From: a virus
DNA length: 64,000 bases
IMG/VR virus record: IMGVR_UViG_3300007734_000751
Location: 8,556-72,555 of that record
Direction: 5' to 3' (one strand)
Shown in pieces: positions 35,764 through 45,621 of the stretch (position 1 is its first letter; each line of letters starts with the position of its first letter). Under the pieces are notes generated by a model. The model worked only from the letters and a program-made list of their open reading frames with translations, was not told where the DNA came from and made no database searches. Position numbers and translations under genes: made by a program.

Positions 35764-35897
35764 TGAAAATTGAACTTACATCGCAAGAATGGACTTATAT
35801 TTTAAATGTGTTGGCTCAACGCCCTTATGGCGAAGTTGTTGAACTCATAGCCAAGATACAGAAACAAGCCGTTGACGATGTTTCTGTAAACGAGTAA
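35763..35897 (+). CDS. 44-aa protein, not in ORF track
   Basis: Hand translation MKIELTSQEWTYILNVLAQRPYGEVVELIAKIQKQA...; TGATG coupling. Confidence 0.6.
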   Translation: MKIELTSQEWTYILNVLAQRPYGEVVELIAKIQKQAVDDVSVNE

Positions 35898-35945
35898 TTA
35901 TATACGTTACCGACTAGCCGGATAGCTAGGATGATAGGAGGTCGC

Positions 35946-36728
35946 GTGAGCGACGAAGACCTTGCTACAGCGGAGATAAGCACCGCGTCAGAGTTGGAAG
36001 CTACGGTGGCCCCAACGACTGAGGAAACCAAACCGGAAGAACAGCCGTCCGAGAAGTTGTTCACTCAAAAAGAGCTGGACAAACTTATCGACAAACGGTT
36101 TCGCAAAGAGAAGCTAGACGCGGCTAAAGCAGCCCAGGAGTTAGCTCGACTTCAGGCAGAATTGCAGGCCAAAACTGCAAATCCGCCAGCGCCAGATGAC
36201 TTTGAGAACGCTCATGCTTATGCGGAAGCATTAGCAGAGCAAAAAGCTCAACAGCTTCTGTTGCGTAAAGAAGAAGAGCGGCAACAAGCGGCAGCGCTTG
36301 AGGCGTATAGAGAGCGTGAAGAGGAAGCGCGCGAAAAATACGACGACTTTGAACAAGTCGCGTATAACGAGCACCTCCCCGTAACGGACTATATGGCCCA
36401 AGTCATTCAGGCTTCAGACATCGGCCCCGAAGTGATTTATCACTTAGGATCTAACCCGAAAGAAGCCCATCGAATAGCCAAGTTACCGCCGATCTTGCAA
36501 GCAAGAGAAATCGGGCGAATCGAAGCCAAATTGGCCGCTGATCCACCGACTAAACGCACTTCAACTGCGCCAGCTCCGCTTGCTCCTGTTTCAGCTACTC
36601 GGTCGAGTTCAGGCCCAAGGTATGACACGACAGATCCTAGAGCTATCAAGGATATGACGCCGTCTCAATGGATTGAAGCCGACAGGTTGCGACAGATCAA
36701 GAAGATGGAAGCGCAAAACCGTAGGTAA
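35946..36728 (+). CDS. Capsid scaffolding protein
   Basis: AGGAGG RBS with GTG start; acidic coiled coil; FTQKELD; precedes coat. Confidence 0.8.
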   Translation: MSDEDLATAEISTASELEATVAPTTEETKPEEQPSEKLFTQKELDKLIDKRFRKEKLDAAKAAQELARLQAELQAKTANPPAPDDFENAHAYAEALAEQKAQQLLLRKEEERQQAAALEAYREREEEAREKYDDFEQVAYNEHLPVTDYMAQVIQASDIGPEVIYHLGSNPKEAHRIAKLPPILQAREIGRIEAKLAADPPTKRTSTAPAPLAPVSATRSSSGPRYDTTDPRAIKDMTPSQWIEADRLRQIKKMEAQNRR

Positions 36729-36735
36729 TTAAGTC

Positions 36736-37932
36736 ATGTCAAACTCAATTTTAACAATTGACATGATTACTCGCAAGGCTCTTGAGATCCTTGAGAATAA
36801 TCTTGTCCTTACGCGCACTGTAAACCGTCAGTATGACGACTCTTTCGCCGTTGAAGGCGCTAAGATCGGCTCGACCCTTCGCATCCGTCTTCCTGACCGC
36901 GCTCTGGTCACGGACGGCGCTGCCCTTCAGGTTCAGGACGACAACGAGCAATACACCACGCTCGCTGTTTCCAGCCAGAAGCACATCGGCGTAAACTTTA
37001 CGACCGCCGAACTGACGATGCAGTTGGACGACTTCGCTGAACGTGTTCTGAAGCCTCGTATTTCGCAGCTTGCGTCTTCTATCGACGCTGACGTTGCGAA
37101 TAGCTTCAAATACATCGGCAACTCGGTCGGCACCCCAGGCACCACGCCTGCTACGTCGCTCGTCCTGTTGCAAGCTCAACAGAAGCTCAACGAGAACGCC
37201 GCTGTTATGCAGCCTCGTTATGCCACTGTTAACCCAGCCGCTAACGCTGCGTTGATCGAAGGCATGAAAGGTCTGTTCAACCCTGTGTCGGCTATCTCGA
37301 AGCAGTTCAAGAACGGCGTATTTGGCGAAGGCATCCTCGGCTACGACGAGCTGAATATGTCTCAGTCAATCAAGCAGTTCACGACTGGCTCACGCGCTGG
37401 CACCGTTACGGTTAGCACGACTGTTACTTCGGAAGGTTCAACCAGCATCGTTCTTACGGGCCTTGGCTCAACGACGATCAAAGCTGGCGACGTCTTCACG
37501 ATTGCTAACGTCTACGCTGTTAACCCACAGACCCGTGAATCAACCGGCTCGCTCTATCAGTTCGTTGCTCTTGCTGACGTTACGGCGTCAACGACCGCTA
37601 CGGTCACTGTTCCTGCGATGTATTCGGCTTCACAGGCTCTTGCTACGGTTGACGCGCTTCCTGTTGCTACGGCTGCGGTCACGTTCCTCGGCGCTGCTTC
37701 TACGCAGTATCCACAGAACTTGATCTATCATCGTGACGCGATCACCTTCGCCACCGCCGATCTTCTGCTTCCGCAGGGCGTCGATATGGCAAGCCGTCAG
37801 GTTCACAATGGCATCAGCTTACGCGTTGTTCGTCAGTATGACATCAATAACGACCGTCTGCCTTGCCGTATTGACGTGCTCTATGGCTACAGCGTGATTC
37901 GTCCGCAGATGGCCGTTCGCCTTTGGGGCTAA
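36736..37932 (+). CDS. Major capsid protein, P22 gp5-like
   Basis: KIGSTLRIRLP and RIDVLYG motifs; follows scaffold. Confidence 0.93.
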   Translation: MSNSILTIDMITRKALEILENNLVLTRTVNRQYDDSFAVEGAKIGSTLRIRLPDRALVTDGAALQVQDDNEQYTTLAVSSQKHIGVNFTTAELTMQLDDFAERVLKPRISQLASSIDADVANSFKYIGNSVGTPGTTPATSLVLLQAQQKLNENAAVMQPRYATVNPAANAALIEGMKGLFNPVSAISKQFKNGVFGEGILGYDELNMSQSIKQFTTGSRAGTVTVSTTVTSEGSTSIVLTGLGSTTIKAGDVFTIANVYAVNPQTRESTGSLYQFVALADVTASTTATVTVPAMYSASQALATVDALPVATAAVTFLGAASTQYPQNLIYHRDAITFATADLLLPQGVDMASRQVHNGISLRVVRQYDINNDRLPCRIDVLYGYSVIRPQMAVRLWG

Positions 37933-37934
37933 TA

Positions 37935-37960
37935 GAGTGGGCTTCGGCCCGCTCTTTTTT
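37935..37960 (+). terminator. Intrinsic terminator
   Basis: GAGTGGGC-TTCG-GCCCGCTC-TTTTTT. Confidence 0.8.
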
Positions 37961-37984
37961 CTCATCATTCTTGGAGTTTAACCC

Positions 37985-38440
37985 ATGACAACTACTCAGA
38001 ACGCGGCTTATCCGCTTGAGACGTTTGGCCCTTATGGCCCTATCCCAAATGGCGATGGCGGCTATCAGCTCGGCGCAGGCAATCTGTTAGAAGGAAATAT
38101 GCAGGTAGCTACCGTTACGTCTTTGACGGGCGATGCTACTTTGACGGCAGCGCAGGTCGCTGGCGGCATCATTTCCTGCAATAAAGGCAGCGACGCTGGC
38201 CTCACGGTTACGACGCCTACCGGCACGTTGCTTGACGCTGGTTTTCCAAGCGCCAAAGTTGGCTCAACCTTTGAGCTGACGATCACCAACAACAATAACA
38301 GCGGCGCTTCGTCGACTGTTACGTTCTCAGGTGGCACAGGCGTTACGGTTGTTGGCTCTGGCACTGTTGCTCGTTACGGCGGCGCTACCTATCGCTTCGT
38401 CAAGACCGGCACGGCTACTTACTCTGCCTATCTGAAATAA
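37985..38440 (+). CDS. Putative capsid cement/decoration protein
   Basis: Homologue of 342..800. Confidence 0.65.
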   Translation: MTTTQNAAYPLETFGPYGPIPNGDGGYQLGAGNLLEGNMQVATVTSLTGDATLTAAQVAGGIISCNKGSDAGLTVTTPTGTLLDAGFPSAKVGSTFELTITNNNNSGASSTVTFSGGTGVTVVGSGTVARYGGATYRFVKTGTATYSAYLK

Positions 38441-38442
38441 TA

Positions 38443-38470
38443 GGGTGGGCTTTGGCCCACTCTTTCCTTT
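38443..38470 (+). terminator. Intrinsic terminator
   Basis: GGGTGGGC-TTTG-GCCCACTC-TTT. Confidence 0.65.
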
Positions 38471-38482
38471 AGGAGATTAAAA

Positions 38483-38755
38483 ATGCCAAACACCAAAGCG
38501 GTTGGTGTTGCGTTCTCTGATCCAGAACTCAGCGGCGCATCTATCACCAACTCGACATTCACATCGTCAGCTACGACGGGCGCTGTTATCGCTAACGCGA
38601 CGGCAGGTCTTTACTTTCTGACATCTGCCATTACGGCTAACTCGACCACGACAACGGCACCTGCCGGTTCGATTGCTACGACAACGAACGCAACAGGCAC
38701 CGGCAAATTGTTTGTGTCAGATGGCACCAAATGGCAGTTTGCAGTAGTAGCCTAA
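38483..38755 (+). CDS. Putative virion decoration protein, variant B
   Basis: AGGAG RBS; same N-terminal peptide as 846; ends GKLFVSDGTKW. Confidence 0.65.
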   Translation: MPNTKAVGVAFSDPELSGASITNSTFTSSATTGAVIANATAGLYFLTSAITANSTTTTAPAGSIATTTNATGTGKLFVSDGTKWQFAVVA

Positions 38756-38800
38756 CAAACTCAGCGGCCTTTGGGCCGCTGTTTCCTTAGAAAGTTACAC

Positions 38801-39004
38801 ATGGCTGTTATTTATTTGAAACACCCCGAACATGGGGTTAAAGTGGCGTGTCTCGACCTAGAGGCCGAAGCCGACGAAGAGAACGGCTGGATAAGGTTCG
38901 ACCCAGATGACGACATACAGTGCGTACGACCAGATTTGCGGAGCGTTGAGGCTCCTAGGAGTGTTAGCCGAAGGCGAAACGCCCTCAGTAGAAACAGCGA
39001 ATGA
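38801..39004 (+). CDS. Small conserved phage protein
   Basis: Homologue of 1362..1565. Confidence 0.6.
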   Translation: MAVIYLKHPEHGVKVACLDLEAEADEENGWIRFDPDDDIQCVRPDLRSVEAPRSVSRRRNALSRNSE

Positions 39005-39623
39005 TGCGCTGTATGCGCTGAATCAAATGATCGACAGTTGGGACACCGAGCGTTTGGCGGTGTTCTCAACTAAAGATGATGTCTATCTTTGGCCTGCGGG
39101 TCAAATATCGCGCACTTATGGCCCTACCGGCGACGTGGTTGGCGAGCGCCCTGTCCTATTAGATGACTCAACCTACTTCCGCGATCCGCAGACCAACGTG
39201 TCTTACGGAATCAAGTTTATCAATCAACAACAATATGATGGGATTGCCGTTAAGACGGTAACGTCAACTTATCCACAGGTCATGTGGATAAATATGAGCT
39301 ACCCAAATATTGAAATGTATGTTTATCCAGTGCCGTTGCGGTTGTTGGAATGGCATTTCATTTCCGTTGAACGGCTAACGCAGCCAGCGACATTAGCTAC
39401 GGCGATCCTTTTCCCGCCAGGTTATCTGCGCGCTTTCCGTTACAATCTGGCTTGCGAGCTTGCGCCTGAGTTTGGTGTTGAGCCATCGCCGACGGTTAGC
39501 CGCATCGCCATGTATAGCAAGCGCGATCTGAAGCGTATCAATAACCCTGACGACATTATGGCCCTGCCTTACAGCATCGTCGGCACACGTCAGCGCTATA
39601 ACATCTACGCGGGCAATTACTGA
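38907..39623 (+). CDS. Head-tail adaptor, P22 gp4-like
   Basis: Near-identical to 1468..2184. Confidence 0.7.
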   Translation: MTTYSAYDQICGALRLLGVLAEGETPSVETANDALYALNQMIDSWDTERLAVFSTKDDVYLWPAGQISRTYGPTGDVVGERPVLLDDSTYFRDPQTNVSYGIKFINQQQYDGIAVKTVTSTYPQVMWINMSYPNIEMYVYPVPLRLLEWHFISVERLTQPATLATAILFPPGYLRAFRYNLACELAPEFGVEPSPTVSRIAMYSKRDLKRINNPDDIMALPYSIVGTRQRYNIYAGNY

Positions 39624-41401
39624 TGAAGACGCCGATCTTAGGCAGCTCATATGTAACCAGAAGCCCCAACGCGGCGGACAGCCGTATGGTCAATCTCTTC
39701 CCAGAGGTCATACCAGAAGGCGGCAAAGAAGCCGCATGGTTACAGCGCGCGCCTGGACTGCGGTATCTTCAGACATTAGGCGCAGGGCCAGTGCGCGGAT
39801 TGTGGACGTTTACAAGCGATAGAATCGCGCCTGCCGTCGGCGAATCTGCTACAGCGACTTATGGATATGCAGTATCGGCTAAAACTTTATACCGTATTGA
39901 TACTGATTGGAATTATACTTCGTTAGGAACGATTGAAGGTGTAGATCAAGTTACCATGACAGATAACGGACGGCAGATGTTTATCGCCGCCGGAACGTAC
40001 GGCTACATTTATAACAGCACGTATAAAAAAGTTGCCTTCAACACGACGAATACAAGCACAACTGTATCGGGCGGCGATACGACTTATGTTTACCCTGGTC
40101 AACCTGTGTCAGGCACCGGCATACCTGTAGGCGCGACCGTTGTTAGTGTAACTAATGCCACGACGTTTGTCTTATCGGCAGCGGCTACAGCAACAAATAC
40201 CGGCACAACGCTGACATTCTCACCTTTTATAACTCAACTTACATCGCCGTTTGCTGGCGCTGTTGGTTGTGGCTTTCTTGACGGCTGGTTTGTATTTAAC
40301 CAACCAAACAGTCAGATCTTTTGGGTTATGGATTCTACCGGCACAACGATTGACCCGCTCTATTTTGCCAGTGCGGAAGGCTCACCTGACAATCTTGTTA
40401 CGCTGATTGTCGATCACCGCGAAATCTGGCTGTTTGGCACTAACTCCGTCGAAGTTTGGTATGACGCCGGTTTGCCTGACTTTCCTATGGCGCGCATCCA
40501 AGGCGCGTTTAATGAAATAGGTTGTCTTGCGGCCTATTCGGTTGCGAAGCTCGACAACGGCTTGTTTTGGCTCGGCACCGACGCGCGCGGTAACGGTATT
40601 GTTTATCGCTCGAAAGGCTATTCCGGCGAGCGCGTTTCAACCCACGCCGTTGAATGGCAGATCCAACAATACTCAACGCTTTCCGATGCTGTGGGATATA
40701 CCTACCAACAAGACGGCCACAGCTTCTACGTTCTGAACTTTCCGAACGCCAACACGACATGGGTTTATGACGTGGCGACTGGCGCATGGCATGAGCGCGC
40801 TGGATGGGAAAACAATCAATTTACCCGCACACGCGGCAACTGTCAGATGAACTTCAACAATGAGATCGTCATTGGAGACTATCGCACAGGCGAGATCTTT
40901 GCCTACGATCCGACAGTTTATACCGAAGCTGGCGCTACGCAGAAATGGCTACGCTCTTGGCGCGCGTTGCCAACTGGTCAAAACGATTTAAACCGCACGG
41001 CGCAGCATAGTCTTCAACTGGACTGTCAAGCAGGTGTCGGTCTGGCTGGCTACAGCCAGGAGGAAGTCAATGATATTATTTATATTTATGATCGCGCACA
41101 TGATTATATTCTTGACCGCGCTGGGTCTGCTTTAAAGATCCGCGACTACGCTCAATACACCATCACCATTGGCGCTGACCCACAAGTCATGTTGCGCTGG
41201 TCTGACGATGGGGGTCATACTTGGTCAAATGAACATTGGAAATCTATGGGCCAGATCGGCGAAACAGGCTATCGCACAATCTGGCGTCGGCTTGGCATGA
41301 CTTTAAAACTCCGTGATAGAGTCTATGAAATTTCCGGCACGGATCCTGTGCAGATAGCGATCATGGGCGCTGAGTTGCACGCGAGTCCGACCAATGCCTA
41401 A
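39623..41401 (+). CDS. Tail hub, P22 gp10-like
   Basis: Homologue of 2184..3962. Confidence 0.85.
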   Translation: MKTPILGSSYVTRSPNAADSRMVNLFPEVIPEGGKEAAWLQRAPGLRYLQTLGAGPVRGLWTFTSDRIAPAVGESATATYGYAVSAKTLYRIDTDWNYTSLGTIEGVDQVTMTDNGRQMFIAAGTYGYIYNSTYKKVAFNTTNTSTTVSGGDTTYVYPGQPVSGTGIPVGATVVSVTNATTFVLSAAATATNTGTTLTFSPFITQLTSPFAGAVGCGFLDGWFVFNQPNSQIFWVMDSTGTTIDPLYFASAEGSPDNLVTLIVDHREIWLFGTNSVEVWYDAGLPDFPMARIQGAFNEIGCLAAYSVAKLDNGLFWLGTDARGNGIVYRSKGYSGERVSTHAVEWQIQQYSTLSDAVGYTYQQDGHSFYVLNFPNANTTWVYDVATGAWHERAGWENNQFTRTRGNCQMNFNNEIVIGDYRTGEIFAYDPTVYTEAGATQKWLRSWRALPTGQNDLNRTAQHSLQLDCQAGVGLAGYSQEEVNDIIYIYDRAHDYILDRAGSALKIRDYAQYTITIGADPQVMLRWSDDGGHTWSNEHWKSMGQIGETGYRTIWRRLGMTLKLRDRVYEISGTDPVQIAIMGAELHASPTNA

Positions 41402-41999
41402 TTATATCGACAATAACACGCAAATCCCTGCGGCCCGCGTCAAGATGAATGACGACTCTACGGGATTTGTGAACCGGCCTTGGTATCGTTGGTTCTTTAA
41501 TATGTATCAAGCCGTCGAAGCAGGGCGGCGATACGGATCTTTTTATAGCACGGCGACACAAACTGCGACGGCGGCAAATACCGCATACGCCATGACTTAC
41601 AATGCCACGACAGCTAATAAGCAAGGCACTGATCTTACTTACGGTGTATATACGGGCACACCAAATTCGCGTGTTTATGTAGATAATACAGCTACATATA
41701 ACATACAGTTTTCCGCGCAATTTGTTAGCACTAACGCCGCGTCTAAAAACGTAACAATATGGCCTGCTATTAATGGCACGGCGGTTACAGCTTCTGCTAC
41801 GCAAATTACAATGTCTGGTTCTAGCGGTGCCTATGTCGCTGCGTGGAATTTTCTGCTAAACCTTAACTCCGGCGATTATATTGAGATATATTGGGAAACG
41901 ACCAATACAAACGTCTCAATCTATGCCGCCGCCGCATCGGGGCATATCCCCGCTATTCCTTCGGTCATCCTGACCGTAACAAGCTGTGTAGGTGTCTAA
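41394..41999 (+). CDS. Tail protein
   Basis: Homologue of 3955..4560. Confidence 0.55.
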   Translation: MPNYIDNNTQIPAARVKMNDDSTGFVNRPWYRWFFNMYQAVEAGRRYGSFYSTATQTATAANTAYAMTYNATTANKQGTDLTYGVYTGTPNSRVYVDNTATYNIQFSAQFVSTNAASKNVTIWPAINGTAVTASATQITMSGSSGAYVAAWNFLLNLNSGDYIEIYWETTNTNVSIYAAAASGHIPAIPSVILTVTSCVGV

Positions 42000-43202
42000 A
42001 TGGCTGTCGTAACGCCAACCGCAAAAGCCCAATTTATTGACGCCGCAGGCATACCGCTCGCAGGCGGTTTTCTTTATACCTACGCCGCTGGCACGACCAC
42101 GCCGCAGGCGACTTATACGGATTCGACCGCATCTACGGCAAACAGTAATCCAATTGTCTTAGACTCGCGCGGCGAAGCTAATATTTGGCTTACTGGCGCA
42201 AACTATAAATTTAAACTAACGGACGCTAACGGCACAGAGATCTGGACGGTTGATAACATCGCTGCGCCTTCTACGGCGTTGTCGCCTGTGTTCGATAGTA
42301 ACGTCACGATTTCGGCCAACACTTCTGGCCCTGCACTTCTTGTTACGCAGACAGGCGCGGGCGCGGCTATTCGTATTCAAGATTCTACGGATCCTGACTC
42401 ATCGCCTTTTGTGGTCGATAACGCAGGCAATGTTGGTATTGGCACAGCGTCTCCGGCTAATGCACTTGATTTAGCGGGCGGCGCTATTCAGGTATCATCT
42501 TCCGGCGGCACAGCCCGCACTATCATGTCAGCGGATTCTACGGATTCTATTTTTGCAGTTAGCGACGACCGTAATTTTACTGTTAAGACCAATACAGTAA
42601 CACGACTGACCGTTAACAGCTCAACGGCAACTTCTACTGTTCCTGTCGTGCTTCCTGGCGATCCCACATCCGCGCTTCAAGCTGCACCTAAACAGTATGT
42701 TGACGCGGCTGGCCCTGCGGGCGCTATTATGGCCTTTGCGGGCACGACCGCACCGTCAGGTTGGTTGAAGTGCGAAGGCCAAGCAGTATCACAAACTACA
42801 TATGCAAGTCTCTACGCCGCGATAGGAACGAACTGGAATACAGGCGGCGAAGGCGCGGGCAATTTTAGATTGCCAGATCTTCGCGGGATGTTTGTGCGCG
42901 GCACAGGCACCAATGCGACTGGTTCGTCTAGCGGTGCAGTAGGCCCATCAGTCGGCACATACGCAGCCGATACATATTTGAACCATAGCCACGCTGTAAC
43001 AGATCCAGGCCATACACATTCATTTCCTGGCTATGCAGGTTCATCTCCAAGCTCCGCAGTAAGTGGAAGTACTTGGTATATTACTGGTTCTAGCACTAAC
43101 ACCAATTCAAATACCACTGGCCTGACCGTTAACACATCCACGACCGGCGGCACGGAAACAAAGCCAAAGAACTATGGCGTGCTATACATCATCAAGACCT
43201 AG
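42000..43202 (+). CDS. Tail fibre with collar domain
   Basis: Homologue of 4561..5757; FRLPDLRGMFVRG. Confidence 0.85.
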   Translation: MAVVTPTAKAQFIDAAGIPLAGGFLYTYAAGTTTPQATYTDSTASTANSNPIVLDSRGEANIWLTGANYKFKLTDANGTEIWTVDNIAAPSTALSPVFDSNVTISANTSGPALLVTQTGAGAAIRIQDSTDPDSSPFVVDNAGNVGIGTASPANALDLAGGAIQVSSSGGTARTIMSADSTDSIFAVSDDRNFTVKTNTVTRLTVNSSTATSTVPVVLPGDPTSALQAAPKQYVDAAGPAGAIMAFAGTTAPSGWLKCEGQAVSQTTYASLYAAIGTNWNTGGEGAGNFRLPDLRGMFVRGTGTNATGSSSGAVGPSVGTYAADTYLNHSHAVTDPGHTHSFPGYAGSSPSSAVSGSTWYITGSSTNTNSNTTGLTVNTSTTGGTETKPKNYGVLYIIKT

Positions 43203-43219
43203 TATTATAGTGAGGCATT

Positions 43220-44206
43220 ATGGATCCGTTAACATTAGGCTTATTGATGGGTGGCACGTCGTTAGCGACGGGCGGACTCAATTATCTAGGTTCCAAGCAA
43301 GCCGCTGGGACGCAGAGCGCGGCTGCACAACAGTCCGGCATATTTGGTATGCTGGCTCAACAGCAAGCGCTTCAGCAAGCCAAACAAATGGCCGAACAAG
43401 GCGCTGCGGCTGGACGTGAGTATTATGATAAAGGCCGCGCGGATCTTTTAAACCAAGGTAAGATCGCAGCGGATACGACTAATCAATTTTATGGGCAAGG
43501 CATAGGCTATCAACAGCCTTATATGCAAGCTGGCGAACAAGCGACGAATCAGCTCGCGCAACTTTACGGCCCTAATGGCGCTTATACGCAGATGCCAACC
43601 ATCGCTCAGATTGAAATGGATCCTAGCTATGCGTGGCGCACCCAACAGGGGCAACAAGCACTTCTTAACGCAACGCGGGCTGGCGTAGGCGGCGCTAATG
43701 CCGGATCTGGTGCAGCGGGTAAAGCTTTTATTAACTACGGTCAGAACGCTGCCAGCCAAGAATATGCTAGTGCGTATAATCGCTTTATGGCTAACCGCGC
43801 TCAAGCTGTTCAAGGTCTTCAAAACTTGGCCGGCACAGGCGCAGGTGCAGCTCAGACAGCGACAGGTCTAGCCGGTAGCATGGGCAATGCGTTGTCAGGC
43901 AATCAATTTAATCTCGGTTCCAATCTCGGTACGATGGCGTCTAACGCTGGTTCGACGGTCGCCGGCGCTTACACAGGCGCGATTCCAACGGTCGCGGGGC
44001 TTGCGTCCGCTAATCCTTACGGCACAGCGGCTGAGAATGCTGCCGCAGCTCGCGCTTCAGGATATGTTGGCGGCACGTCAGCGCTGGGCAACGCCCTACA
44101 GGGCGGCGTCAACGGTATGTTGGCTTATAGCATGTTAAACCGTATGCCGCAGCAAGCCACTAATTTTGGCGCTTATGGGCCGCAACCAACTTATAATGGG
44201 CTTTAA
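43220..44206 (+). CDS. Ejection protein 1
   Basis: Homologue of 5775..6749. Confidence 0.7.
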   Translation: MDPLTLGLLMGGTSLATGGLNYLGSKQAAGTQSAAAQQSGIFGMLAQQQALQQAKQMAEQGAAAGREYYDKGRADLLNQGKIAADTTNQFYGQGIGYQQPYMQAGEQATNQLAQLYGPNGAYTQMPTIAQIEMDPSYAWRTQQGQQALLNATRAGVGGANAGSGAAGKAFINYGQNAASQEYASAYNRFMANRAQAVQGLQNLAGTGAGAAQTATGLAGSMGNALSGNQFNLGSNLGTMASNAGSTVAGAYTGAIPTVAGLASANPYGTAAENAAAARASGYVGGTSALGNALQGGVNGMLAYSMLNRMPQQATNFGAYGPQPTYNGL

Positions 44207-44208
44207 CT

Positions 44209-45621
44209 ATGCCAGTTGACTACACAATAGCTGCACGCGGCGCACAGGCTAACACAGCTCCTGACTTTGCGAATACACTCGCTCAGTATCAGATGATGGG
44301 CGCACGCGCACAGCAAGAACAGCTTCAACAGCTTCAAACGCAAAAGCTTCAACAAGAGCAACAACAACAGAACATGTTGCTTAATACTTTGCGTAATTTG
44401 GATATTAACTCACCTGAAGCGATTAATGTTTTAGCGCGCGGCGGCAATCTATCTGAAGCTTTGTCTGTTCAACAAGCTCAACGGCAAAATGAAGCGCTTC
44501 GCGCCCAAACGGCAGCGCAAAATGCGACCGCTGGATATCACACAGGTATGCTTGGTTTAGCTCAAGCTAAACTTCCGCTTGAGCAAAGAAAGCTAGAGCA
44601 AGAAGCTCTTAAAGAAGAACGTCTTGCAGGAGAGGCTGAAATTAAGTCTCAAAAAACTGCATATGAGCGCGACGCTGAAGTATTAAAAAAGCATGAAAAC
44701 CTTGCTGCTAAAATCGTTATGAACGGCGGTAAAGGATATGATAATTTTTATAAAAATGCGCCAGATGAATTAAAGCCATATCTTTCGCCGAAATATGACG
44801 AAGATATGCTCACCAATTTTACAACTCAAATGTCGACGGTTCAGGAAAACTTGAAGCGCGCGCATGAGTTTGAGTTAGTTGATAGGATCAATCCTCAGAC
44901 TGGTCTTAAAGAAAAAATTGCTGTTCCTAAATACGCGCCTGAAAAGGGCGGCAAAGCTGTTGCTGGCACGCAAGGCGTTGTTCAAGAAAAATACGGATTT
45001 ATGCCTGGGCCTGAAGGAACTGGCACTGTTATTCGTACCAATCCTCTAGCTGGCACCGCCGAGTCTTTACCGCTTACCAGCGGCATACCTGCGCCCCGCG
45101 TCCAAGCGCCGCCTGAAGGCAAGCTAACGCCCCGCGTTGATATGAACGCGCCTCCTGGCGCTCCGGCTAACGCTCCTGAACCTGTGCCTGGAACGCCTGA
45201 ATATACTAATCGTCGTTTTGGCCGTGAAGCTCTAGAGGCTATTGGTTTTAATCCGCAGACCGGCGAAGACCGCGTGTCAAAATTGATTAGCCAATCTACA
45301 AGTGGTGGATTGCAATCCATCGGTGCAGGCGTTCGCGGGTTTCTTGGTAAAGGCACGTCAGGTGCTCAAGCTATTGGTCAGATCAAACCAATCATCAATA
45401 ACCTTATTTTGGAAAAAATGAATGGTAAGCTCGGCGCAGGCATATCAAACGAAGACCGCGAGTTCTTTAAATCGACGCTTGGCAATCTAGATGACCCAAG
45501 CATTCCGTCAAACGTAAGACTTGCATCTTGGGAAGAGGCTAAACGCCGGCTTGCTAAGTATGCTGGCGGTATGGCCGCACCATCTGATAACCGTCCATCT
45601 CTTAACGAGATCTTTAAATAA
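44209..45621 (+). CDS. Ejection protein 2
   Basis: Homologue of 6759..8153 with a different C-terminal peptide. Confidence 0.65.
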   Translation: MPVDYTIAARGAQANTAPDFANTLAQYQMMGARAQQEQLQQLQTQKLQQEQQQQNMLLNTLRNLDINSPEAINVLARGGNLSEALSVQQAQRQNEALRAQTAAQNATAGYHTGMLGLAQAKLPLEQRKLEQEALKEERLAGEAEIKSQKTAYERDAEVLKKHENLAAKIVMNGGKGYDNFYKNAPDELKPYLSPKYDEDMLTNFTTQMSTVQENLKRAHEFELVDRINPQTGLKEKIAVPKYAPEKGGKAVAGTQGVVQEKYGFMPGPEGTGTVIRTNPLAGTAESLPLTSGIPAPRVQAPPEGKLTPRVDMNAPPGAPANAPEPVPGTPEYTNRRFGREALEAIGFNPQTGEDRVSKLISQSTSGGLQSIGAGVRGFLGKGTSGAQAIGQIKPIINNLILEKMNGKLGAGISNEDREFFKSTLGNLDDPSIPSNVRLASWEEAKRRLAKYAGGMAAPSDNRPSLNEIFK

